This document shows positions 26,984 through 37,701 of a stretch of 64,000 nt of DNA, piece by piece. Location: assembly GCF_022045235.1 (NCBI RefSeq), contig NW_027266341.1, forward strand, positions 56,358,001 through 56,422,000. Reading direction: 5' to 3'. Numbering within the stretch: position 1 is the first letter of the stretch; every line of letters begins with the position of its first letter. Under the pieces are notes generated by a model. It was not told the DNA's origin. It was given only the letters and a program-made list of their open reading frames with translations, and searched no databases. Both the position numbers and the translations under genes were made by a program. This stretch comes from Haliotis cracherodii (taxonomy: Eukaryota).

Positions 26984-27982
26984 TTAGTAGTCATGGCCTG
27001 TGGCAACACCGCCGAATCCGACATTTCCGTTTCCAACTCTGGATCCGAATTGGCCGACTCCAAGCCCAGCAACACCGTGTCCGGCAGCGAAAGGTCCGGC
27101 GAGACTGTGTCCAGCTACACCGTGTCCGGCAGCGAAAGGTCCGGCCAGACTGTGTCCAGCAACACCTTGTCCGGCAGCAAAGGGTCCGGTGAATCCTTGT
27201 CCAGCAACACCATGTCCGGTGTATCCATGGACTCCATTTCCAACAAGACCAACTCCATGTCCGACGTTTGTGCCGTAGCCGTAGCCATGTCCCTGACCAG
27301 CAACACCGTGGCCACCGACTGCGAGAGGTCCTGCGAGTCCGTGTCCGGCCTGTCCAAGGAGTCCATATCCTACAAATCCAACTCCATTCCCAACTCCGTT
27401 GTAGGAGTTGTAGCCGTGTCCCTTTCCAGCGATGCCGTTACCAGCAACAAAGGGTCCATGTCCTGCGAATGAACCAGCATGGCCGCCGAAAGGTCCCTGT
27501 CCAACAAGACCAGCTCCATGTCCGGTGACGAAGGGACCAGCAACACCGACTCCGCCAACGCCTTTACCGTAGCCGTAGTTGTTGTAGGGGCTGTAGCCGT
27601 AGCCGTAGCCATTACCAGCAACACCATGTCCACCATTGACGGTACCGTGTCCAGCAACGCCTTGTCCAACAATACCGTGTCCTCCAACGACTGGGCCGTG
27701 TCCATCAAAGGAACCAGCATGGCCGACAAAAGGTCCCTGTCCTACAAGACCAGATCCATGTCCGGCGATGAAGGGACCAGCAACACCTTTACCGTAGCCG
27801 TAGTTGTTGTAGCCTTTAGGGTTGTAGCCGTAGCCACGACCCTTACCACCAAAACCAACGTTGCCAACAACGCCTCCATTTTTGAAACCAAGACCGAAGG
27901 GCCTACCAACGAGGGAGTTACCGCTGAGGGGTACCTGGGCAATGGCGGAACAGACCAGCACGGACAACGCAGCGACGACGAC
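26984..27982 (-). CDS. Gene 4 main exon: secreted Gly/His/Tyr-rich protein, 334 aa, recent paralog of gene 3; complement(join(26984..27982,28627..28632))
   Basis: tttttcctcag acceptor; same signal peptide as gene 3; ends ATGHDY; AATAAA at 26896-26901 (minus). Confidence 0.92.
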   Translation of the reverse strand, partial: VVVAALSVLVCSAIAQVPLSGNSLVGRPFGLGFKNGGVVGNVGFGGKGRGYGYNPKGYNNYGYGKGVAGPFIAGHGSGLVGQGPFVGHAGSFDGHGPVVGGHGIVGQGVAGHGTVNGGHGVAGNGYGYGYSPYNNYGYGKGVGGVGVAGPFVTGHGAGLVGQGPFGGHAGSFAGHGPFVAGNGIAGKGHGYNSYNGVGNGVGFVGYGLLGQAGHGLAGPLAVGGHGVAGQGHGYGYGTNVGHGVGLVGNGVHGYTGHGVAGQGFTGPFAAGQGVAGHSLAGPFAAGHGVAGHSLAGPFAAGHGVAGLGVGQFGSRVGNGNVGFGGVATGHDY

Positions 27983-28626
27983 CTGAGGAAAAAAAACATT
28001 GGCCAACTGAGACAAATACAAAACGACAGAGGGACTGATAAACATGTACATTCACGTAAAAAAGAACAAAACTGAAAAAAAATCGAAATAAATTTCAGAT
28101 ATCTTGAAGAAGAAAAGTAGCAAACGTTATATTCACATGTACGTTCACTGACTCCTACTAATGAGGGTACTGAAAAGGGCATAGTATTGATTTATTTTTC
28201 CAGTGGTCCATTACGACCTCAGTGAATGTCTCACACACTTAGTACAATAGTGCATCGACAGTATATAACTATATCAATGACACTGACATTGTGGAACGTG
28301 ATTCTTGATTAATCTGAACAATAATGTATGTGCCAGATACGTGGAATATTTGACCTTGATATGCCAAGACGGATCTATCTTACTCGACTCAAAACTACAT
28401 TTGCATTATTCTAGCCAAAGTTGCAATCAAACATTATGAGACTTCATCTGGTAAGATATATCGTAAATCGTTATTGGGTAAAGAGAATCTGGTGAAACAT
28501 TACCGACATCAACTTTGACTAACAGAAATAGAAAAAATAATAATAATGTTCCATCAAAAGTATATATATATATATATATATATTGTTCTGATAAAGTAAT
28601 ATATCACCACAAATGAGTTAAATTAC

Positions 28627-28632
28627 CTTCAT
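28627..28632 (-). CDS. Gene 4 coding micro-exon (Met-Lys)
   Basis: Minus strand aaaATGAAG|gtaatt; TATAAGG 28714-28708; promoter homologous to gene 3. Confidence 0.87.
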
Positions 28633-30896
28633 TTTTGCAGCTGCAGAGACAGTTGAGGATGATCAGAGCCTGAAGAAGATGCTGATGCTAGAGACAGGAG
28701 ACACAGCCCTTATAAAGCAACTTCTCCAGCTGTTAAATTAGCATATTGTTTTAAGAGAGTATGCAAAATACGCACACTCCCCAGGATCTCCATCGTAAAC
28801 TTTCATGAAAGGTCACATGGTCATTTAGACTGTTGTGAAACGTCATCACCTCATCAGTCTATTTATCTATTCCTACTGCCTCGGGGTCACACGTTGCTAT
28901 TATTCATAGTTTTCTTTTAAGGAGGAGTAAGTTTTCTCTTCATTATCAAAGCGTTGGGTTTTTTTGTATCTGAAATATAATATGTGGTTTCTTATGACTG
29001 CTTTAAGTTTATTTAAGAAGTATTTATCTATCATCTGGAATGATTAATTCCAGAAAAAAAATGTTTATGAATAAACGTCATATATTCTAATTATCTGAAG
29101 GATGTGTCTTGTTCTTGTATGAGATGTGGTAATTTGTTTGTGAATTGCACAAGAAATATTTCTTTCATTTTAAACACTGATTAATTACGCAAAGAAACCT
29201 ATAATGATATAACACTGGCGTTTGAAGCGGTACCATTTTGGGTGAAAAAATGTACAAATCACTGTGAAAGTTATCCAATGTATCCATGTGAATGAGATTA
29301 AGACTTTGTAACCATTAAGACCATTTCGACACTTTCATGTTTGAGACTTATAACAACACTAAATACATAGTTAAGACTACGATTTGCAAAAAAAGGCTCA
29401 TAGAGGTTTCCAGCGTTTTGTTGATATGTCAAAATGAGCAAGTCATTTACTAAGGCAAATTTAGTTAGGGACTTGATAACTCTCTTGAAAAATTTATTCT
29501 AACTTGCACTGAACTTATAATTATGTATTGGATAATGTCAGCAGTCCAAAACATGTAAGTGTAATAAAGAAAAAAGCCTTTTAAACATCTGGTAAGATTC
29601 ATACTACGTTTTCCGAAACCTTAAATTTGACATTTCTAGCGGGGGAAATAGGGACCTCTATCCTATAACAATTAAACAAAGTCCAAAACATGCAAATGCA
29701 ATAAAACAAATAATTTCCGATAAGATTCATACCAATACCTTCATGATAAATAGATATGATCAGAAAGCCACACACCCATGTGAAACAGTATTTACATATG
29801 TATCTACATCATAATTGATTAAGATACATATGTAATTTATATGCGCATACACAAACCTTTATGATTCTGCATGTTTATGGTGTTACTGAACCTATGTTTC
29901 CCAAAACGTTTTGTTTTAATTATGCCGAACCAAACTCAAACCGACAGCACTGTATGACAAAATACTGATTGAGTAACAAACACAATAACTCGGTGTTATA
30001 GTATTTTAGCCCCCTTGAAGATTCCGGGTTAGAATATGTCCACAGTAACGAAACATATGTAATACGAGTGCCCATCACATACAAAGCATAAATTATTAGG
30101 GTTTATTTGTACCTGGAACAAGTTAAGCTACGTTTACTATGTTTCCATCTAAAATAGTCATTTTTTAAAATCGTACATGTGAACGTTTTCAGTTTATTAA
30201 CTAATCAAATTCATGTTTATGACAAACTCATGTTGAAATACATGAACAGAGATCTTACTGTTCTGTAACTGTTGCATGGCAATAGTTATTTCACTACCCT
30301 TTGAAGTTCTTGCTATGCTTCTTTGCATCCTCTGTTATGACCCAACATTTGCGTCCATCTTGAGAAACATATAATGTTCTTGTACCAACTCAGAAGGTGT
30401 AGTTGGTATCTAGCATAATTGTCAAAACAACGTGAATGCGATATGTAGATATTTCAAAAACAATTAATAGAAGTTAGGGACAAACGAAACTAAAGGAAAA
30501 TATCCGATAAATAATGTTTCAAGAATTATGCTTAACTTTTTGCAGGCGTATAGCACAAAAATATTCTAGAAACCGGCGATGTTGATAACCTGTACTTGTT
30601 TTGGAACCAGTATTAATAAATAGTAGTTATTGGCAGATGTATGGACATCAACAAAGCGATTTTGCAAGATATCTTCAGAGATTATAAGAATATTGATGCC
30701 GTTATAATTTGCCAATAAACTATGCCATTACTTCGCTCGTCAGTGGGTGTTTGATCCTAAATAAGCAGCGTCAGCAGTTTTTCATGAGCTTATTAATTCA
30801 GTGGATGATCCTATGAAGACACCCTAAAGGGTATATAAAGCGGCACACTCCCGTCTTCAGCATCAGATTCTCTTCCCATCAACATCCACTCCAGTC

Positions 30897-30902
30897 ATGA
30901 AG
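30897..30902 (+). CDS. Gene 5 coding micro-exon (Met-Lys)
   Basis: agtcATGAAG|gtaagt; TATATAAA 30832-30839. Confidence 0.88.
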
Positions 30903-31089
30903 GTAAGTTTCATTCTAATGTGTGGATATTATACATATTCTAAAAGTCTTTTCAACTTTATTTGTAAGATATTCAAACGATATACACGATGGTAAATGGG
31001 GTAAACGAAGATGCAAGGTGTTTGTGTGGTTATATGGAATTAATCAGGACACAAATATATAATCACTTGACCGGTTTACTTATGACCAG

Positions 31090-31224
31090 AGGCGGTCATG
31101 CCGAGGACTAGGGTTCGATTCCCGACATGGGTACAATGTGTGAAGCCCATTTCTGGTATACCCCGCCGTGATATTGCTGGAATATTGGTATAAGCGGCGT
31201 AAAACAATACTCATCCACTCACTC
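31090..31224 (+). mobile_element. Short tRNA-derived SINE family D, partial, in gene 5 intron
   Basis: GGTTCGATTCC B-box; matches 34980-35146; (TCAC)n tail. Confidence 0.75.
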
Positions 31225-31962
31225 ATAACCACGTGTATGTGTTATATGTAACATTATGTGCAGTGACTGACTGAGTGAGTACAATTGACTCTGATTTATG
31301 CGGAAATTTCTATTAGATATAGAAAGGGTTTTGTCGCTTCATTCACTTTATTTGGTTTAACGCCGCTTTGAATAGAACTTCTGTAACTTGACGGCATGTG
31401 ATCCTGATGTGGGAGGGAAGTCAGAAGTGAAAGCAGTCTTAGACAAATTGGTTAGACTCATGAGCCTGGATATGGTACTAACAAACCTGGTCATATAATG
31501 GGACGAATCGGGAATTCGAACCAACGATCATTGGTTTCTTGGGCCTTGTAAGATTACAAATTTTCAAGCTAAAGTGACTTCGTTATACATGTATATATCT
31601 TAAGTTACTCCGGGGCAGGCAAATGCAGTTTAATCGACATCAGATTTAGTTATATCCAGACCTGGCTGCCTGGTTACCCTTGACTTGACATACATACTAA
31701 TAGTTCATTAAATAACTCATCATTTTAAAAAAACAATCTCAATTTTTTGGGATGGCTTGATCCAATCATTAATGCAAAGTTGATAAACAATTTAGTAATA
31801 TGATTCAATCGCAATATGGTTTACTCTTGTGAATGGGTGGACATGTACTTATGTTCTATGGAAAGTTCTCGTGGTATAAAACATAAATAAGTAAATAACA
31901 ACTCATTTTAATGAATAGCAGGCTTTTTATATAATTTTGATAAGAGCATATTGTTTTCTCAG

Positions 31963-33270
31963 GCCATCGTCGCTGTGTTGTCCGTGCTGGTGTGCTCCGG
32001 CCTGGCTCAGGTGCCCGTCATCGGTAAAGGTCTTGGAACTGGTGCTTTCGGATTCGGTTTCAACAACGGTGGCATTGCTGGAAAGGGCTACGGCTTCAAC
32101 CCCTACGGCTTCAACAACTATGGCTACGGAAAAGGCTCTGGTCCCTTGGTCGCTGGACAAGACGGTTTAGTTGGTGGACACAGACTTGGTGGTAAAGGTG
32201 GCTTTGTTGGTGGACACGGACTTGCTGGACACGGTGGCGTTGTTGGTGGACACGGACTTGGTGGTCAAGGTGGCTTTGTTGGTGGACACGGACTTGCTGG
32301 TCATGGCGGCCTTGTTGGTGGACACGGACTTGGTGGTCAAGGTGGCTTTGTTGGTGGACACGGACTTGCTGGACACGGTGGCGTTGTTGGTAGACACGGA
32401 CTTGGTGGTCAAGGCAGCTTTGTTGGTGGACACGGACTTGCTGGTCAAGGTGGCTTTGTTGGTGGACACGGACTTGTTGGTCATGGCGGCCTTGTTGGTG
32501 GACGCGGACTTGTTGGTCAAGGTGGCTTTGTTGGTGGACACGGACTTGTTGGTCATGGCGGCCTTGTTGGTGGACACGGACTTGCTGGTCAAGGCGGCTT
32601 TGTTGGTGGACACGGACTTGTAGGTCAAGGCGGCTTTGTTGGTGGACACGGACTTGCTGGTCAAGGAGGCCTTGTTGGTGGACACGGACTTGCTGGTCAA
32701 GGTGGCTTTGTTGGTGGACATGGACTTGCTGGTCATGGCGGCCTTGTTGGTGGACACGGACTTGCTGGTCAAGGTGGCCTTGTTGGTGGACACGGACTTG
32801 CTGGTCAAGGTGGCTTTGTTGGTGGACACGGACTTGCTGGTCAAGGTGGCTTTGTTGGTGGACACGGACTTGCTGGTCATGGCGGCCTTGTTGGTGGACA
32901 CGGACTTGCTGGTCAAGGTGGCTTTGTTGGTGGACACGGACTTGGTGGTCAAGGTGGCTTTGTTGGTGGACACGGACTTACTGGTCATGGCGGCCTTGTT
33001 GGTGGACGCGGACTTGCTGGTCAAGGCGGCTTTGTTGGTGGACACGGAATTGCTGGTCATGGTGGAATTGTTGGTGGACACGGATTTGCTGGTCAAGGGA
33101 GCTTTGTTGGTGGACACGGACTTGGTGGTCAAGGCGGCTTTGTTGGTGGACACGGACTTGCTGGTCATGGTGGAATTGTTGGTGGACATGGCGTTAATGG
33201 GGTACACGGTAACGGACTTGCCGGCCCCTTCAATGGCAGAATCGCTGGACCTTTCGTCGGCAGATTTTGA
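31963..33270 (+). CDS. Gene 5 main exon: secreted Gly/His-rich protein with 28 tandem 12-mers (GGHGLAG[Q/H]GG[F/L]V), 437 aa; join(30897..30902,31963..33270)
   Basis: ttgttttctcag acceptor; MKAIVAVLSVLVCSGLA|QVP; 36-nt repeat array 32173-33180; AATAAA 33372-33377. Confidence 0.93.
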   Translation, partial: AIVAVLSVLVCSGLAQVPVIGKGLGTGAFGFGFNNGGIAGKGYGFNPYGFNNYGYGKGSGPLVAGQDGLVGGHRLGGKGGFVGGHGLAGHGGVVGGHGLGGQGGFVGGHGLAGHGGLVGGHGLGGQGGFVGGHGLAGHGGVVGRHGLGGQGSFVGGHGLAGQGGFVGGHGLVGHGGLVGGRGLVGQGGFVGGHGLVGHGGLVGGHGLAGQGGFVGGHGLVGQGGFVGGHGLAGQGGLVGGHGLAGQGGFVGGHGLAGHGGLVGGHGLAGQGGLVGGHGLAGQGGFVGGHGLAGQGGFVGGHGLAGHGGLVGGHGLAGQGGFVGGHGLGGQGGFVGGHGLTGHGGLVGGRGLAGQGGFVGGHGIAGHGGIVGGHGFAGQGSFVGGHGLGGQGGFVGGHGLAGHGGIVGGHGVNGVHGNGLAGPFNGRIAGPFVGRF

Positions 33271-33479
33271 GTAGCAAGCGGTCCTTGATACTATAATTAG
33301 TCGCAGGACCTTTCTGGAGGGATTATGTTTTATACTGAATATTATTATGTCATTTTGGTACCATTTGGATGAATAAATAATACATCTAAACATACCTATA
33401 GTTTTCTTATTATTCCTAACATACGCCGTGATGCGAAGACAGCTTTTCCGATATACTACATGTACGGTACACATAGGGT

Positions 33480-33990
33480 AGAGTTAGTTTCCGGAGCATA
33501 ACTCAAAACCTATTCAATACTTGCTAACAAAAATGTGCATGTTTACCAGACACATACTGAACTGAAGTCTTTTGCTATTTAGGAAGTTTAGAAATTGTAT
33601 TTTTTTACGTTTCCAAGGCATCAAGTTGGACTTAGGTACTATAAGGGTGGTGTTCGTTTCCGGAGCGTAACTCAAAAACCGTTAAATACTTTCTTACAAA
33701 ACTTTGCATGTCTACCAGGCACATACTGAACTGGTGCCTTTTGAAATTTAGCACTTTTAGAAATTATTATTGTTTATGTTTCAATGACAACAAGTTGGAT
33801 TTAAGTTTTAATATAGGGTGTGTTCACTTATGGAGTATTACAAATAAACTCTTAAATATTTCCTTGCCAAACATTGCATGTCTCGATATAAAGCACATAC
33901 TGAACTGGTGCCATTTGCTATTAAGGAGTTTTAGAAATGTTTATTTTAGAATTTCCATTGCAGCTTTTTTGACATGGGCTGTGAGAAATG
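33480..33990. repeat. Tandem repeat of about 170-175 bp, about 3 diverged copies
   Basis: cacatactgaactg, tttagaaat and caagttgga recur at about 170-177 bp spacing. Confidence 0.75.
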
Positions 33991-34200
33991 GTGGGTCAGT
34001 TACCTGGTTTGGGACCATAACGTGTTAAAATGGGCGGGGCATATAAATGACTTCGTCGACTATACTCATGTTGTGATTATCATCTGACTGGTTAGTAAAA
34101 TAAATTGATAAAAATATTCTTGGGTTATTCCATTAAAATGGTAAAGGTAACAGGCAGGGGATTAGGTGTGCATTCAACTGTGAACTTTGCTGTTATAAGC

Positions 34201-34264
34201 TGTAGGTGTTTTGGCATGTAGGCGTTTTGGCATGTAGGCGTTTTGGCATGTAGGCGTTTTGGGA
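34201..34264. repeat. 16-bp tandem repeat x4 (TGTAGGCGTTTTGGCA)
   Basis: Direct reading. Confidence 0.9.
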
Positions 34265-34979
34265 GGACACCGTACACATATGTGTGGCAGGTTAAATCGT
34301 TGTCACGCTTACGGGATATTAAGTAAGTGATGCGCTAGAATTATCTAACTCCACTTTTATCAATATTCAAGCAATATCAAGACTAGGACACAAGATTTAG
34401 GCATCGCACATTATATCCATCTGGGTCTATTCTAAACGTGTCTTCGGCGTTTATCATTGTGCTACTCTCTCGACAGTTGTTACAAAGAAACAATGTCGAA
34501 ACTGTGTAGTGTTGTGGTATAAATAATAAGTACATAGTGTTTTAAAACAATGACTGGAACATGCAAGAGTTATCGATTTTGTAACTTCAGACAACCCTAA
34601 ACTGTCTCATATAATTTATTAGATTATATACAAGAGTGTTACATGAATCTTCAAAATAAGAACAAAAACGGAAGAGATGCATTGTTTGTTTGGTTTGAAG
34701 AGTAATTCAGTTAAATCACGACAGGTTAGCTTAATGTGCGAGGGACGTTTAGGTCTAGGGGTTTAAAGTTTACCAAACTGACGAATATGTGTTAGGTGCT
34801 AACAAACTAAGGATCACGGCGAATCTGGGAATCGAAACCACAATCAACAGATCCGGACACAGGTACGGGAGGCAACTCTGCACAGATTGGCCGCGCCTGA
34901 GACACCTGGGCCAACCATGTAACCTCTTTACCCTGTCGGTGCGTAAAGGAACGTTATTTCAAACAGCTTAAACCTCACA

Positions 34980-35146
34980 GGAGCGGTGGGGTAGCCTAGT
35001 TGTTTAAGCGTTCGCTCGTCACCGAAGACCCGGGTTCGATTCCCCACATGGGTACAATATGTGAAGCCCATTTATGGTGTCCCCCGCTGTGATATTGTTG
35101 GAATATTGCGAAAAGCGGCGTAAAACCATACTCACTCATCACTCAC
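34980..35146 (+). mobile_element. Short tRNA-derived SINE family D (other copies 36035-36190 +, 42980-43130 -, 48897-49068 +)
   Basis: A-box TAGCCTAGTTG, B-box GGTTCGATTCC, (TCAC)n tail; multiple dispersed copies. Confidence 0.85.
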
Positions 35147-35412
35147 TTTTGTACATGTTTACGACAGGAAGACGGTTAGATCCTCTTGACATTATTCATA
35201 TTCACATGCGTTTTGAAACATTTACTCTTATCTGAATCTAAATGTGATACAAGTATAAAAACTTTTAAGTTTGAATTATCAAGGAGTCAAGTATCCTGCC
35301 ACCATTAGCGATCTAGTGCTTCCAAAATTGCTCTTTTCAGTTTGAACCTACAGTTGTCATGTGGCCGTGTACAATTTTACAAGCATCGACTTTAGAGTTC
35401 TCCAGGCAAGGT

Positions 35413-35775
35413 GACCGCCTCCGTGGTCTAGTGGTAGAGCGTCCGACCGGAGACCGGAAGGTCCGGGGTTCGATCCCCGACCGCGTCATACCAAAAGACG
35501 TTAAAAGATGGTACTTGTTGTTACCCTGTCTGGCGCTGGGCATTAAGGGGATAAAACAAGGACTGGTCGGCTCGGAGTCAGTATACTGTGTCTGAGTGGG
35601 GTATTCTTGTTAAACTGCGGCATGGTATCTCAGTGGGCTAGCACTATAAGTCGGCATCAGTCCGGACTAGTACAAGCAGCTACACACACACACACGTGCA
35701 CGCACGTCGCTATATAAATGCAATAATCTTGGACGCGACGTTAAATCAAATTTCACCTCACCTCATCTCACCTCA
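35413..35775 (+). mobile_element. Full-length SINE family A with 10-bp target-site duplication
   Basis: TSD CAGGCAAGGT at 35403-35412 and 35776-35785; tRNA-like head; (CACCT)n tail. Confidence 0.92.
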
Positions 35776-37174
35776 CAGGCAAGGTCCATTGAACAACTGA
35801 AAGTGGTGTAACTTGATGCTACCTTCATATGCTAGGGAAGTGTTGCACACCTGGTGCCAATACAACAGTCTTCTCGAAGTGATAATATATATTTATTGGC
35901 TCGTTTTCTAAACGCTTAGTGACAAAGATAGATATGACGGCGAATATCTCTTTATATTGAAAGCTAAAGATTAACAGAATCAAAATCAATTGATGTATGT
36001 GTATATCTTGCGTTGTCATATATGTTATCGTTTGGAAGTGGGGTAGCCTACTGGTTAAAGCGTTCGCTCGTTAATGCGAAGGCCAGGGTTCGATTCTCGA
36101 CATTGGGATTATGTGTGATGTCCATTTTCTTGTGTCGCCCGCTGTGATATAGATACCCATAAAAGGAGTGTAAAACGAACACTCACTCACAAGCATAACG
36201 ATACCTGCAATAAATTGTTATAACATTAAAAGTCATCAATTAATTCATAAGATAATAAGTACATTTCTTCTAGTGTTCCCTGCTGTGATATGCCTTGAAT
36301 ATTACTAAATGAGACGTAACACATTTATTTGCCATTCCTTTAACGTCATGTTGACACTTTGTGATGAGTACGTGTAAACTAGTAAACCATGCACTTATAT
36401 CACCCTATCGTGAACCATATGATTTACTACTAAAATACATCAAGAGTTAGGTCAAGTGAGACATTGACAAAAGTGGGAAATCTCGCTTTTTTGCGATATC
36501 GCATTTCGCACTATTGGCATGTTAAGAAGTTTTCCAAGGTCGAGATCGCGAGAATGCGAGAACGACAGCATTCCCCTTCCCGTACTTCACATTTGACAAA
36601 CATCAGTGGTACAGGGACGAAAGTAGCCCTTTTTCTCGTCATACAAAGAAACACACAAAGCAACATATACAATATTGACAAGGACACTTTTTAAATATAT
36701 CAGTGCAATTTCGTTTTTTAATTTCGTATTCCGACCTTCGCTTCCTTAAACTAAGCAGAATTAGAAAACTTTACACGTTACGCTCATAATGCCAACAATG
36801 CTTGTGTCGTGTCTGAGACATATTTTCTAGGTATTCTAAATAAACACGTCACATTATTAGTATGTTCATTCAGTATCAAATCAAAAGTAACAGGAACAAT
36901 TGCATGCGTATGCAGAAACATGGTGAAATAAAACAAGAAGAAGTTGCAATTAATGAATGTGTACAGCGCGTTATCTGAGATGAGCACAATTTAGACTATA
37001 CCCCTGGCAGTGAAAGGGCCGACACAACATATTGATCGTTCACACAAATATTTTCAAAACTTATTGAATATAACATCAATATTGGTATTTTGCCATCCAA
37101 GGTTTGACCAATGGTTCCAGATCTTATATTCAACGACGATGAGGAAACGGCGATTCCAACCAGAACGTTTTCGA

Positions 37175-37669
37175 CACACACGTACAAAACACACTTAACA
37201 CACACTCACCAAACACAACATACACTCAGCACACACACAACACACAATACACACACTCACACAACACACACTCAACACACACACAACACACACTCACCAA
37301 ACACAACACACACAACACAAACTCAACACACACAACACACTCAACACACACACACTTAGCACACACACAACATACACTCAACACACACACAACACTCAAC
37401 ACATACAACACACACTTACACACACAACAGACACACTCAACACACACAAAACACACTCAACACACACAACACAAACTCAACACACACACTCAACATACAC
37501 ACACAGCACACACACACGCAGCGCACATAAGACACACTCAACATATAACACTTAACACACACTCAACACACACAACAAACACACATACTCAACACACAAC
37601 GCACACTCAACACACACACACAACACACCACTCAACACACAACACACGCTCAACACAAACACACACGCG

Positions 37670-37700
<31 letters not shown>

Positions 37701-37701
37701 A
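37175..37701. repeat. Long compound CA-rich microsatellite
   Basis: Interspersed ACAC and CTCAACAC units ending in (GC)n(AC)n. Confidence 0.95.

Noticed and set aside
32167-33474. 435-aa antisense Ser/Thr/Lys ORF and alternate-frame VDTDLL ORFs over gene 5 (similar shadow ORFs over genes 1-4 and 6)
   Set aside because: By-products of stop-free repetitive codon usage. They lack promoter, splice and signal-peptide support, which the sense frame has.
35413-35490. tRNA genes at the SINE heads
   Set aside because: The A/B boxes run into SINE bodies with tails and TSDs in many dispersed copies; I could not fold a convincing cloverleaf.
35359-35595. Recurrent small ORF DRLRGLVVERPPG...ESVYCV (also 16064, 44940, 53387, 62813)
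   Set aside because: Translation of the family A SINE consensus, not a protein family.
37111-37456. Thr/His-rich and Cys/Val-rich ORFs
   Set aside because: Translations of a CA microsatellite.
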